NCBI GenBank assembly: GCA_009838915.1
Contig: VXQT01000013.1
Coordinates: 135,746 to 199,745, forward strand
DNA from: Chloroflexota bacterium
GTDB taxonomy: Bacteria > Chloroflexota > Dehalococcoidia > Bin125
Direction: 5' to 3'
Length of the DNA: 64,000 bases
This document shows positions 29,068-37,549 of this stretch, in pieces. The notes beneath the pieces were generated by a model that searched no databases, was not told the DNA's origin, and was given only the letters and a program-made list of their open reading frames with translations. The position numbers and the translations under genes were made by a program. Positions within the stretch are counted from its first letter, which is position 1, and each line of letters starts with the position of its first letter.

Positions 29068-30098
29068 TGAGCGGGGGCAACGCTGCGTTTGCGTCGCAGC
29101 CGCGCGGCATCTGGAGCCATGGATTCGCGGAGGGCGCAGGCGGTGTCACCTTGCACTATGCGGAGGCCCGGCCGGACGGGGATCTGGAGCACGCACCCCT
29201 GGCGATTCTGCTTCACGGATTTCCCGAGTTCTGGTGGTCGTGGAGGCTGCAACTCCCGGCGTTGGCGGCGGCCGGTTACCGGGCGATCGCGCCCGACTTG
29301 AGGGGCTACAACCTGTCGGACGCGCCGTCTCGCGTCGAGGACTACGAACTGGACCTGCTGACAAAGGACGTGCAGCGACTGATCGCACACATGGGTCGAG
29401 AGCGTGCGGTGATCGTTGGCCATGATTGGGGCGGGGCTGTGGCCTGGCGATTCGCTATGGACTATCCGAGCTGGGTCGAACGCCTCGTGGTAATGAACGC
29501 GCCGCATCCGGAGCGGATGGCGGAGGCGTTCGGCGGACGACCGAACATCCGCCAGATCGGCCGGTCGTGGTACATGTTCGTGTTTCAGATTCCATGGCTG
29601 CCGGAACGTTGGCTGGCGATCAACGACTACGAGCGGATCGGATTGATCTTCCGCGACACAGCTGCGCACCCGGAGGCGTTTCCTCCTGAAGTGCTGCAGG
29701 AATATCGTCGCGCGGCCGCGCGCCGCGGGCTGACCGGTCCGATTCACTTCTATCGGGCTGCGGTTCGGGCCGGCGCGCAGGAGTCGCGCTCGCGGCTCGG
29801 CAGCCGGCTGAACGGCCTGGGCGAGACATTTGAGCACATCTTCGGCGGTCCAGGAGCCGAGCCGGTCAGCTATCCACAGATCGAGGCGCCCACGCTGTTG
29901 CTCTGGGGCGAACGCGACACGGCGCTGGGCAGAGAGCTGACCAACGACATGGAGTCCCTGTTTACGGGTCCGTTCGAGCTCACATACCTGCCCGACAGCG
30001 GTCACTGGGTGCAGCAAGAAGCGGCGGAGGACGTGAACCGGCTGATGCTGGAGTTCCTGGAGCGATACCGGGACGACCAGGGACGCACGTCCGGGTAA
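29067..30098 (+). CDS. Alpha/beta hydrolase (epoxide-hydrolase-like), tandem paralog
   Basis: HGFPEFWWSWRLQ and GHDWGG. ATGA overlap with the upstream paralog. Confidence 0.75.
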   Translation: MSGGNAAFASQPRGIWSHGFAEGAGGVTLHYAEARPDGDLEHAPLAILLHGFPEFWWSWRLQLPALAAAGYRAIAPDLRGYNLSDAPSRVEDYELDLLTKDVQRLIAHMGRERAVIVGHDWGGAVAWRFAMDYPSWVERLVVMNAPHPERMAEAFGGRPNIRQIGRSWYMFVFQIPWLPERWLAINDYERIGLIFRDTAAHPEAFPPEVLQEYRRAAARRGLTGPIHFYRAAVRAGAQESRSRLGSRLNGLGETFEHIFGGPGAEPVSYPQIEAPTLLLWGERDTALGRELTNDMESLFTGPFELTYLPDSGHWVQQEAAEDVNRLMLEFLERYRDDQGRTSG

Positions 30099-30106
30099 GC
30101 GAACGC

Positions 30107-31168
30107 TCAGGTCAGAGGCGCGTCAGGGTCGACATCAGTGGTCGCGGCGATCCAGTAGCGATGGCGGATGCCCATTGACAGGTCTTCGAGATCACGGGCG
30201 ACCTGTCGCTCGCTATCCCCATCGAGACCCGCGCCGCCGCAGACGCCGGTCAGCATGGAGCGCTTGAAGATGAGTCCCACCGAAGCGTCGACAAAGGACA
30301 GGTCTCGCGCCTTGTTGGCGAGGAAGTACTGCATGTCCTTAGAATCGAAGGGCAGAGGGCCGCGACCGTCTGTGGGCCACAGACCCCATCCCAGATAGCC
30401 GCCGCGGGCGACGTGCTCGCGCACCGCGCGGTGATGCTCGATGACGTCCTCCACATGACCCTCGCGGGCGTCGAAGTGGATCAGGTTCGGTCGCGCGTCG
30501 AGTACACGGGTCCAGTTGGGCGCCGCGCAGCAGTGAATCCCGGCCAGCGCGCCGATCCGCTGGAGCGGTTCAAGAGCAGCGCGCAGGATCGGAATCACCT
30601 CGCGCCAGGGCAAGGGGATCGACGGCTCGCCGACGGATGCCAGTTCGGGTTCGTCGAACATAATGATTGCCTGGTAGCCCTGTCGCTGGAAGACGCGTGC
30701 CTGCTCGGCGGCCGCTGCGCCCAGCCAGGCGCCAAGGCGTTCGAGAGTCTCCAGGTCCTGGAGCGGCGAGGAGCCGCCTGGGTCTCGCGACCATCGGGCG
30801 AGCGTGATCGGTCCCACGAGTTGGCCCTTGACGACCTGGGATTTGCGTGCTTCAGCAACCGACGGCAGTCGCTCCAACAGCTCGTACAAGCCAGAGGCTC
30901 GTTCGCGCGGCGGCAGGTCGGCGTTGGCAATGTCTGCCTCCGAGAGCTGTCCGCTCCAGGTGATGAACTGACCGTCCCACGATGCTCCCGGCAATGAGAG
31001 CGCTGTCTGGGGGATCATCAGTTCCTCTTCCGAGCGGTTGGGAAGCTGCGGCCAGAAGGGGAGACGCCAGTAGTCTTCGAGGACTTCCGAAACCGCTTCG
31101 GCGGGGTCGGTGTGTCGCATGGAACCGATCCCGCAGGGGAGCAGGGGAAGGTGTATTGGTGCGTCCAC
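30107..31168 (-). CDS. Cobalamin-independent methionine synthase (MetE) catalytic-domain-like protein
   Basis: The N-terminus LPLLPCGIGS resembles the MetE LPtTtIGSfP motif. TIM-barrel-sized (353 aa). Function uncertain. Confidence 0.45.
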   Translation of the reverse strand: MDAPIHLPLLPCGIGSMRHTDPAEAVSEVLEDYWRLPFWPQLPNRSEEELMIPQTALSLPGASWDGQFITWSGQLSEADIANADLPPRERASGLYELLERLPSVAEARKSQVVKGQLVGPITLARWSRDPGGSSPLQDLETLERLGAWLGAAAAEQARVFQRQGYQAIIMFDEPELASVGEPSIPLPWREVIPILRAALEPLQRIGALAGIHCCAAPNWTRVLDARPNLIHFDAREGHVEDVIEHHRAVREHVARGGYLGWGLWPTDGRGPLPFDSKDMQYFLANKARDLSFVDASVGLIFKRSMLTGVCGGAGLDGDSERQVARDLEDLSMGIRHRYWIAATTDVDPDAPLT

Positions 31169-31484
31169 TTGGTCAACTTACTCCTGTGGAGATGCGCGTC
31201 AGCGAGCGGGCCGATACGGCTTGAGAGCACTAGCTTACCTGTAGGCAAGGCTGACACACCGTCTCGACCGTCTTCCCCTGGGAGACCTGGCACTGGTGCG
31301 CGCGACTCTTCTCTGCTGCTTCGGGAAAAAGATTCGTTGAAGAGCTTGATCAGTTGACTTGAAATGGAGTACTCTTGCGTCCCGTTGTTGAACTGCGGAG
31401 TGAACATAACCCAACGGCACAGGCACCTCCGCCGGCTTTACTGTCGGAAGTGAGGCGCTCATCCGTCAATCGAAGGGCACAGCC
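31169..31484 (+). promoter_or_regulatory. Long (~315 bp) nrdJ upstream region with a locally AT-richer segment; candidate regulatory leader
   Basis: Unusually long non-coding stretch for this compact genome, and divergent from the MetE-like gene. 31320-31400 is conspicuously AT-richer. I found no clean NrdR box or riboswitch core. Confidence 0.3.
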
Positions 31485-34367
31485 ATGACCAGCGCCGATG
31501 ACCAAACCGACGTCACCGATGAGGCCACTGCCGCGCTGCCCAACGAGGCCAGCGTCGAGGAGCAAGCGTCACCTGCCGCCCGCGCAGTTCGCGAGCCGCT
31601 GATTGGACGCCACTTCACCCAGCCTGGCGAGGATGTCTACGGGCAGATCGAGTGGACCTACCGCACGGCGGCGATCACCTCAGACTCGGGCGAGACGATT
31701 TTCGAGCAGTCGGACATCGAAACGCCGGCGTTCTGGTCACAGACGGCGACCAACATCGTCGCCTCGAAATACTTCTGGGGACAGGTCGGCACCGACGAGC
31801 GAGAATCGTCGATGAAGACCCTGGTCGATCGGGTCGTGGAGACGATCACGCGTTGGGGGAGGGCTGGTGGATACTTCAGTGACGGCGCAGCGGCCTCTGC
31901 GTTCTCGCAGGAGCTGCGTTATCTGCTGATCAATCAGTACGCCGCCTTCAACTCTCCGGTCTGGTTCAATGTCGGCGTCGAAGAGACGCCGCAGTGCTCG
32001 GCCTGCTTTATCAACTCCGTCGAGGACACGATGGAGTCGATCATGGACCTGGCCAAGCGTGAGGCGCTGCTGTTCAAGTGGGGCAGCGGCACCGGATCGA
32101 ACCTGTCCACGCTGCGCTCCAGCAAGGAATCGCTGACCGGTGGCGGCAAGGCGTCGGGGCCGGTCTCGTTCATGCGCGGCTACGACGCGTTCGCCAACGT
32201 GATCAAGTCGGGCGGCAAGACGCGCCGCGCGGCGAAAATGATCATCCTCGACGCCGATCACCCCGACGTCATGGAGTTCATCAACTGCAAGGCCGACGAA
32301 GAGCGCAAGGCCTGGGCGCTGATTGACTCCGGCTATGACGGTTCTCTGAACGGCGATGCGTACTCTTCAGTTTCGTTCCAGAACGCGAACCACTCGGTAC
32401 GCGTCTCGGACGAGTTCATGCAGGCGGTCGAAGCGGACGGCATGTGGGCGACCCGCGAGGTCGTCGGCGGCGAGGTGGTCGAGCAGATTCCGGCTCGCGA
32501 AATCCTGCGAGCGATCTCGGCGGCCACGCATCAGTGCGGCGACCCAGGGATGCAGTTCGACAGCGTGATCAACGACTGGCACACCTGCTCGAACACTGAC
32601 CGCATCTACGCGTCCAACCCATGCTCGGAGTACATGTTCCTGGACGACACGGCCTGCAATCTGGCCTCGCTCAACCTGCTCAAGTTCTACGACCTTGAGA
32701 CGCACGAGTTCGATGTCGAGTCGTATCGGCACGCCTGCCGGGTGATTATCACGGCGCAGGAGATCCTGGTCTCGAACGCGTCATACCCGTCGCCGCTGAT
32801 TGGCGAGAACTCGGAGAAGTACCGTCCGCTGGGCCTGGGCTACACCAACCTTGGGGCGCTGTTGATGGCTCGAGGACTGCCCTACGACTCGGTGGCGGGG
32901 CGCGCGCTGGCAGCCACCGTGACCGCGTTGATGACGGGCGAGGGTTACCTGCAGTCGGCTCGGATCGCCGAGCGGATTGGCGCATTCTCCGGCTACGCCG
33001 ACAACCGTGACCCGTTCCTGCGTGTGATGCGCAAGCATCAGGCGGCGGTGGGTCGGATCGACGGTCTGGACACGGTCCCTGGTGCAGTCCGCGAGGCGGC
33101 CGAGAATGCCTGGCGTCAGGCGGTCGCGCTGGGCGAGCAGCACGGTTACCGCAACGCGCAGGCCACCGTGCTCGCACCAACGGGCACGATCGCCTTCATG
33201 ATGGACTGTGACACGACCGGTGTGGAGCCCGACATTTCCCTGGTCAAGTACAAGAACCTCTCGGGCGGCGGTTACTTCAAGATCGTCAATCGCACCGTGC
33301 CGGCCGCCCTGCGCCGGCTGGGCTACGCCGAGAACGCGATTGAGAGCATCGGCGCCCACATCGACGAGACGGGGACGATCGAGGGCGCGGCCGACATCGA
33401 CGCCGAGCATCTGGCCATCTTCGATTGCGCGTTCAAGGCGCAAGCGGGACAGCGCAGCATTGCGCCTCTGGGCCACATCCGCATGCTGGGTGCAGTGCAG
33501 CCGTTCCTCTCGGGTGCGGTCTCCAAGACGGTCAACGTGCCCGAGCACACCGCGGTCGAGGAGATCATGCAGACCTACGTCGACGCCTGGAAGCTGGGCG
33601 TCAAGGCGGTCGCCGTCTACCGCGACAACTCGAAGCGGATTCAGCCGCTGGAGACAGGCGAGCGCAGCGGATCGGCGGTCGCAAAAGACGCACCGGTCTA
33701 CGAGCCGGGTCCGTCGATGCCGACCGACGAGCCAGTCGTGTTGGAGAACGCAGCGTCGCCACCGGCATACCGTCGGCATCGTCTGCCGGACGAGCGCAAG
33801 GCGCTGACCCACAAGTTCACCATCGGTGAGCATGAGGGATACATGACGATCGGCGAGTTTGAGGACGGCCGGCCCGGCGAGGTGTTCGTGCACATCTCCA
33901 AGGAAGGCTCGACCGTCTCCGGACTGATGGACGCGGTCGGCACGCTGACCTCGGTTGCGTTGCAGTCAGGCGTACCGCTGTCGACACTGGTCAAGAAGTT
34001 CGCTCACATGCGCTTCGAGCCGATGGGCTGGACGCGAAACCGCGACATTCCGCACGCCGACTCGATCCTCGACTACGTCTTCCGCTGGATGGGCACGAAG
34101 TACCTGGAAGGCGAGAACACGGACGCGATCGCAACGCAAGCACAGATGGCGATGGCGCCGGAAGAGGTCAAGCTGGCCGACGAAGAGGCGGGACCTGCGC
34201 CGGTGACGCCTCCGGTCGCGTCCTTGCCGTTGATCGACGATGCGTCAACCGCCGGCTTCCAGAACCAGCTCGACGCCCCACCCTGCGCGGAGTGCGGCTC
34301 GATCATGGTGCGCTCCGGGTCTTGCTTCCGTTGCATGAACTGCGGAGCAACCTCGGGCTGCTCCTAG
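31485..34367 (+). CDS. nrdJ: Adenosylcobalamin-dependent ribonucleoside-diphosphate reductase, class II
   Basis: 960 aa. Class II RNR core motifs. The Cys-rich C-terminal tail CAECG...CFRCMNC is typical of NrdJ. Confidence 0.9.
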   Translation: MTSADDQTDVTDEATAALPNEASVEEQASPAARAVREPLIGRHFTQPGEDVYGQIEWTYRTAAITSDSGETIFEQSDIETPAFWSQTATNIVASKYFWGQVGTDERESSMKTLVDRVVETITRWGRAGGYFSDGAAASAFSQELRYLLINQYAAFNSPVWFNVGVEETPQCSACFINSVEDTMESIMDLAKREALLFKWGSGTGSNLSTLRSSKESLTGGGKASGPVSFMRGYDAFANVIKSGGKTRRAAKMIILDADHPDVMEFINCKADEERKAWALIDSGYDGSLNGDAYSSVSFQNANHSVRVSDEFMQAVEADGMWATREVVGGEVVEQIPAREILRAISAATHQCGDPGMQFDSVINDWHTCSNTDRIYASNPCSEYMFLDDTACNLASLNLLKFYDLETHEFDVESYRHACRVIITAQEILVSNASYPSPLIGENSEKYRPLGLGYTNLGALLMARGLPYDSVAGRALAATVTALMTGEGYLQSARIAERIGAFSGYADNRDPFLRVMRKHQAAVGRIDGLDTVPGAVREAAENAWRQAVALGEQHGYRNAQATVLAPTGTIAFMMDCDTTGVEPDISLVKYKNLSGGGYFKIVNRTVPAALRRLGYAENAIESIGAHIDETGTIEGAADIDAEHLAIFDCAFKAQAGQRSIAPLGHIRMLGAVQPFLSGAVSKTVNVPEHTAVEEIMQTYVDAWKLGVKAVAVYRDNSKRIQPLETGERSGSAVAKDAPVYEPGPSMPTDEPVVLENAASPPAYRRHRLPDERKALTHKFTIGEHEGYMTIGEFEDGRPGEVFVHISKEGSTVSGLMDAVGTLTSVALQSGVPLSTLVKKFAHMRFEPMGWTRNRDIPHADSILDYVFRWMGTKYLEGENTDAIATQAQMAMAPEEVKLADEEAGPAPVTPPVASLPLIDDASTAGFQNQLDAPPCAECGSIMVRSGSCFRCMNCGATSGCS

Positions 34368-34376
34368 CGGCTCCTC

Positions 34377-34401
34377 TCTCCCCCCGCTGCGCGGGGGGAG
34401 A
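34377..34401. terminator. GC-rich palindromic hairpin TCTCCCCCC-GCTGCGC-GGGGGGAGA immediately after the nrdJ stop
   Basis: 9-bp perfect stem and a 7-nt loop, 10 nt after the TAG at 34365-34367. Lies between convergent genes. Identical to the element at 39199. Confidence 0.6.
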
Positions 34402-34434
34402 TGCCGAAGGCAGAGGGGGGCGTTCCGAGACTTG

Positions 34435-35202
34435 TCAATCCTGTGCGGCCTCTCGAGCATCTCGCGCTTCCCTAAGCAAGGCCCGTCGGCGTCGCTCGTA
34501 TTCGGTCTGCGAGAGCGAGCCCCGCTCCCGTTCGAGCGCGTCCAGCTCCGGCGAGCGAGGCGCGAGTTCGGGTCTTGGCCTCGATGATTGCTCCTTGCTC
34601 ACAGCTGCAGAGGCCGCAGGTCGGCGCGTCGGCTGCGTGACTCGTGGTCCCGCCGGCGCGGGCGGCGGCAATCGCACCTCAGCGCCGGCAAGCTCGGATG
34701 AACGGGCGGCGAACTGGGGAGCCTCGCGTCGGACCACGACTAACGTCCCGACCATGCGATCGTGCACGCACTGACGGTCGGGATTCATCAGGATCCAGCC
34801 TGCGTTGATGATCGGTCCCAGCAGTCCAAACGCGTATCCGACAAAACCGAGCAGGAGCCGCTTGATCACCAGTTCTCGCATCCACATTCGCTGCGGAGTG
34901 ACTTCCTGTCCCGCCTCGCTGACGACGTAGAGGTCGAGCAGCGACTTGGCCGGCGACTGGCCGTCACGCGACGTGAACCACATCATGTACAGCCAGATGG
35001 GCAACAACAGGAAGATGAGCAGGTCGAGGATCTCGCAGCCGAGACGCCGCAGGTAGGATGCGGCGTAATCGCCCGAGGTGGGGTGCGACATCAGGACGCC
35101 GCACCTGGCGCAGAACACGCCGACGCCCGGGTACTCGTCGCAGATGAGACAGTGTTCGGCGCGCAGCGCGTCGGGCTTCCTGCTGGTCATGACAGATCCC
35201 AC
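34435..35202 (-). CDS. RDD family membrane protein with N-terminal zinc ribbon
   Basis: CLICDE...CARCG zinc ribbon, RDD-type TM domain, and a charged C-terminal tail. Confidence 0.65.
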   Translation of the reverse strand: MGSVMTSRKPDALRAEHCLICDEYPGVGVFCARCGVLMSHPTSGDYAASYLRRLGCEILDLLIFLLLPIWLYMMWFTSRDGQSPAKSLLDLYVVSEAGQEVTPQRMWMRELVIKRLLLGFVGYAFGLLGPIINAGWILMNPDRQCVHDRMVGTLVVVRREAPQFAARSSELAGAEVRLPPPAPAGPRVTQPTRRPAASAAVSKEQSSRPRPELAPRSPELDALERERGSLSQTEYERRRRALLREARDAREAAQD

Positions 35203-35256
35203 AAGCGTGTTCGAGGCGAGAGTACCGGGAGTGAGGACGTGCCCGGTGGCGGGGCT

Positions 35257-35805
35257 TCAGACCTTGCTGCGTTCCACGACCAGGGTGCCGAGGACTTTGT
35301 CGTGCAGCGTCTGCCGGTCGCGGTCCCACAGCAGCCAGGCGGCGTCGAGGAAGGAGAAGGCCCAGAACACGAAGGTGAGCCAAAACCAGAGCAGAAGGAA
35401 CTCACCGACTGAGCTGGCGACTGCGCCGAGAAGCAGCAACAGGGTAAGCACGACGACTCCGAGCACGGCGTCCCAGCCGAACTCGCGCAGCCAGACGTAG
35501 CCGCTGCCGGCCTGGGCGCCATCGGTGCGCAGTACGTGGAGTCCGAGCAGCGACTTGCCCGGGGATTGACCGCGCCGTGCAACGATGGCCAGCCACATCA
35601 ACCAACCGATGCCGAGCGTGAGCCAGATGATCAGGTAGTCGAGCGCGAATGCTCCGAGTCGGGACCAGCGAGATGCGGCGAACGATCGCCGTTCGGGGTC
35701 AAGGCGCAGGATGTCGCAGCTCGCGCAGAAGTAGACGCCAGGACCGCTTGGCCGACGGCACACCTCACACTCGAGTACGAAGACGCGGGTGCTCGATGCG
35801 CTCAT
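35257..35805 (-). CDS. RDD family membrane protein with N-terminal zinc ribbon, paralog 2
   Basis: CEVC...CASC ribbon. Conserved RRGQSPGKSLLGL and RDRQTLHDKV motifs shared with its neighbours. Confidence 0.65.
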   Translation of the reverse strand: MSASSTRVFVLECEVCRRPSGPGVYFCASCDILRLDPERRSFAASRWSRLGAFALDYLIIWLTLGIGWLMWLAIVARRGQSPGKSLLGLHVLRTDGAQAGSGYVWLREFGWDAVLGVVVLTLLLLLGAVASSVGEFLLLWFWLTFVFWAFSFLDAAWLLWDRDRQTLHDKVLGTLVVERSKV

Positions 35806-36449
35806 AAGGCCCTCAGTTCGGCGCTGGTTTGCCTGACGCCCCTGACATTGACGACCAACGTGCCGAACACGCGGTCGTGAAGCGTCTGACGGTCGCGGCT
35901 GAAGAAGATGGCCACCGCATCGGCGAGCACAACTATGGCGATCAAGAAGATGATGATGCTACCCACCGCAGACTCTGGAGAGAGCTCGGCGATCAGAAGC
36001 GTCGGCGCGTTGACGGCGACGCGATATCCGACCTCCCGCGCCCACATGAGTTTGCGCGAGGCTGACGCGCCGTCGGCGCGGATAACCTTGGTCGAGACGA
36101 TCTGCTTGCCTGGCGTCTGCCCGCGCCGGGCGAGGTATGCAAACCAGACCAGCCAGACCAGAGAACCGACCCAGAGCTCAAGCGCGAGGACATCGCCAAG
36201 GCTGGCGAGCCCGAGCACCAGGCCGATCACTGCGGGGATGAGTCCGTCAGACACGGCCCCCATGAAGCGCGCCACCCGGCTGGCGGCGTATCGCGGCGAG
36301 TGTCCATGCTCGGCGTCGGAACGGAGCACGTTGCAAGACGTGCAGAAGCGGACGCCGAGGTCAGTATTGTTGCCGCAGGCAGCGCAAATGGCGCCGAACA
36401 GGCCGCGTGGAGGTGGCGGCGGTTGCTCGAGAGGTTCAAAACGGCCCAT
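35802..36449 (-). CDS. RDD family membrane protein with N-terminal zinc ribbon, paralog 3
   Basis: CAACG...CTSC ribbon plus the same RDD motifs. ATG preceded by AGGAGCG. 4-bp overlap with paralog 2. Confidence 0.65.
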   Translation of the reverse strand: MGRFEPLEQPPPPPRGLFGAICAACGNNTDLGVRFCTSCNVLRSDAEHGHSPRYAASRVARFMGAVSDGLIPAVIGLVLGLASLGDVLALELWVGSLVWLVWFAYLARRGQTPGKQIVSTKVIRADGASASRKLMWAREVGYRVAVNAPTLLIAELSPESAVGSIIIFLIAIVVLADAVAIFFSRDRQTLHDRVFGTLVVNVRGVRQTSAELRAL

Positions 36450-36453
36450 TGCA

Positions 36454-36584
36454 GGCGCTCCTGAGTGCGAGCTTAGTAGGGCAATGCGGACGGTTGGTAC
36501 TTGATCGAGGACATGCATCACAAACGGCTGCGCGAGGGCGCTCCTGAGTGCGAGCTTAGTAGGGCAATGCGGACGGTTGGTACT
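36454..36584. repeat. Perfect 48-bp direct repeat (two copies, 83-bp period) separated by a 35-bp spacer
   Basis: GGCGCTCCTGAGTGCGAGCTTAGTAGGGCAATGCGGACGGTTGGTACT occurs at about 36454-36501 and again at about 36537-36584. Copy 2 encodes the last 9 codons and the stop of the PHP gene. Copy 1 contains the RBS of the RDD gene. Confidence 0.85.
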
Positions 36585-37149
36585 CGCGGCTGCGGAGCGC
36601 TTGCATCAGGTCGTCCAGGCTCCTGATCTCGGCCTGGAAGTCGGTCGCCGCGGTCGCCACTTCATGCAGCGCATGAGAGTCGCTCCCGCCAATCGGCGGC
36701 AGCGGACGGGTGCGTCCGCGCGAGGAGGCGCTCTGATTCTGAAGCGGGCCGTCGCAGCCGTTGAGCCCTTCGACGCCGTCGAACAGCTCCATCGACTCGC
36801 GTGGGACGCGCAATCCGGGATCGCGCGCCGGATGGGCGAGGAACATCAAGGCGTCGCGCTCGTCGCAATAGGCCCGCAGACGCCTTGCGTCGGTGATCCG
36901 CGGGAAGGATTCTGTCAGTCCGTACACCAGCACGTGTCCAAGCTCCGTCGTCACTTCCACGCCGGGAAGCACGAGGATGCCGACTTGTTCAGCCAGGCGC
37001 GAGACGCGATCTGCATCCCAGAGTACGTCGTGCTCGGTCAGCAGTACGCCGTCCAGTCCGCGTTCGGCCGCTCGCTCCAGCGCTTCATGGGGCAGCAGAT
37101 TGCTGTCGGTCGAGTAGACCGAAGTGTGGGTGTGCATGTCGATCAGCAT
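36556..37149 (-). CDS. PHP domain metal-dependent phosphoesterase
   Basis: MLIDMHTHTSVYSTDS: the N-terminal His motif of the PHP domain. Confidence 0.75.
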   Translation of the reverse strand: MLIDMHTHTSVYSTDSNLLPHEALERAAERGLDGVLLTEHDVLWDADRVSRLAEQVGILVLPGVEVTTELGHVLVYGLTESFPRITDARRLRAYCDERDALMFLAHPARDPGLRVPRESMELFDGVEGLNGCDGPLQNQSASSRGRTRPLPPIGGSDSHALHEVATAATDFQAEIRSLDDLMQALRSREYQPSALPY

Positions 37150-37222
37150 GTGTGTGAAGGCTCACGCCAACCGGCGAGTCGGTCAACAGCCCGATAGCCG
37201 ATCTCGGCTGTACCATCGCCAC

Positions 37223-37549
37223 GTGAGACACATCACCTTTGCCGGAACCGTGGTGCGTGACGAGCGCCAGCTCGACGGCAGCCGGCATCTGGAGGTCGTG
37301 GGTGAGATCGGTGACAGCGAAGTGGCGCTCTACGTCGTAGTCGATCATGACGGTGAGTTGGCCGAGGCCGACATGACGCTCGAGTTGGACGGGGAACCAG
37401 AATCGGTCGCCTTCGAAGGAGACTCGGGCCTGGTCGACTGGGATGACATGAGGTTTACGTTGACCTCCGAGCACTTTGCCCTGGATGCCCGCCCTCGCCA
37501 GGACGGGGACCTGGACATGCGCCTGGTCGTGCGCGGAGCGAATCCGTGA
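37223..37549 (+). CDS. Hypothetical small acidic protein
   Basis: Coding-like acidic ORF ending in an ATGA overlap with cofD. Start uncertain; GTG chosen. No recognisable family. Confidence 0.35.
   Translation: MRHITFAGTVVRDERQLDGSRHLEVVGEIGDSEVALYVVVDHDGELAEADMTLELDGEPESVAFEGDSGLVDWDDMRFTLTSEHFALDARPRQDGDLDMRLVVRGANP

Noticed and set aside
28815-30017. 400-aa minus-strand ORF
   Set aside because: It is antisense to the tandem alpha/beta hydrolase genes.
31250-31300. Possible cobalamin riboswitch B12-box (GGCACTGG) upstream of nrdJ
   Set aside because: Only a partial match to GCCACTG. No other conserved cobalamin-riboswitch segments were seen. A B12-dependent RNR is not an expected riboswitch target. 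It is kept only as a note in the nrdJ-leader finding.
36454-36584. CRISPR-like repeat
   Set aside because: There are only two copies of a 48-mer with one 35-bp spacer. No further repeats and no cas genes are present. It is better explained as a local tandem duplication.
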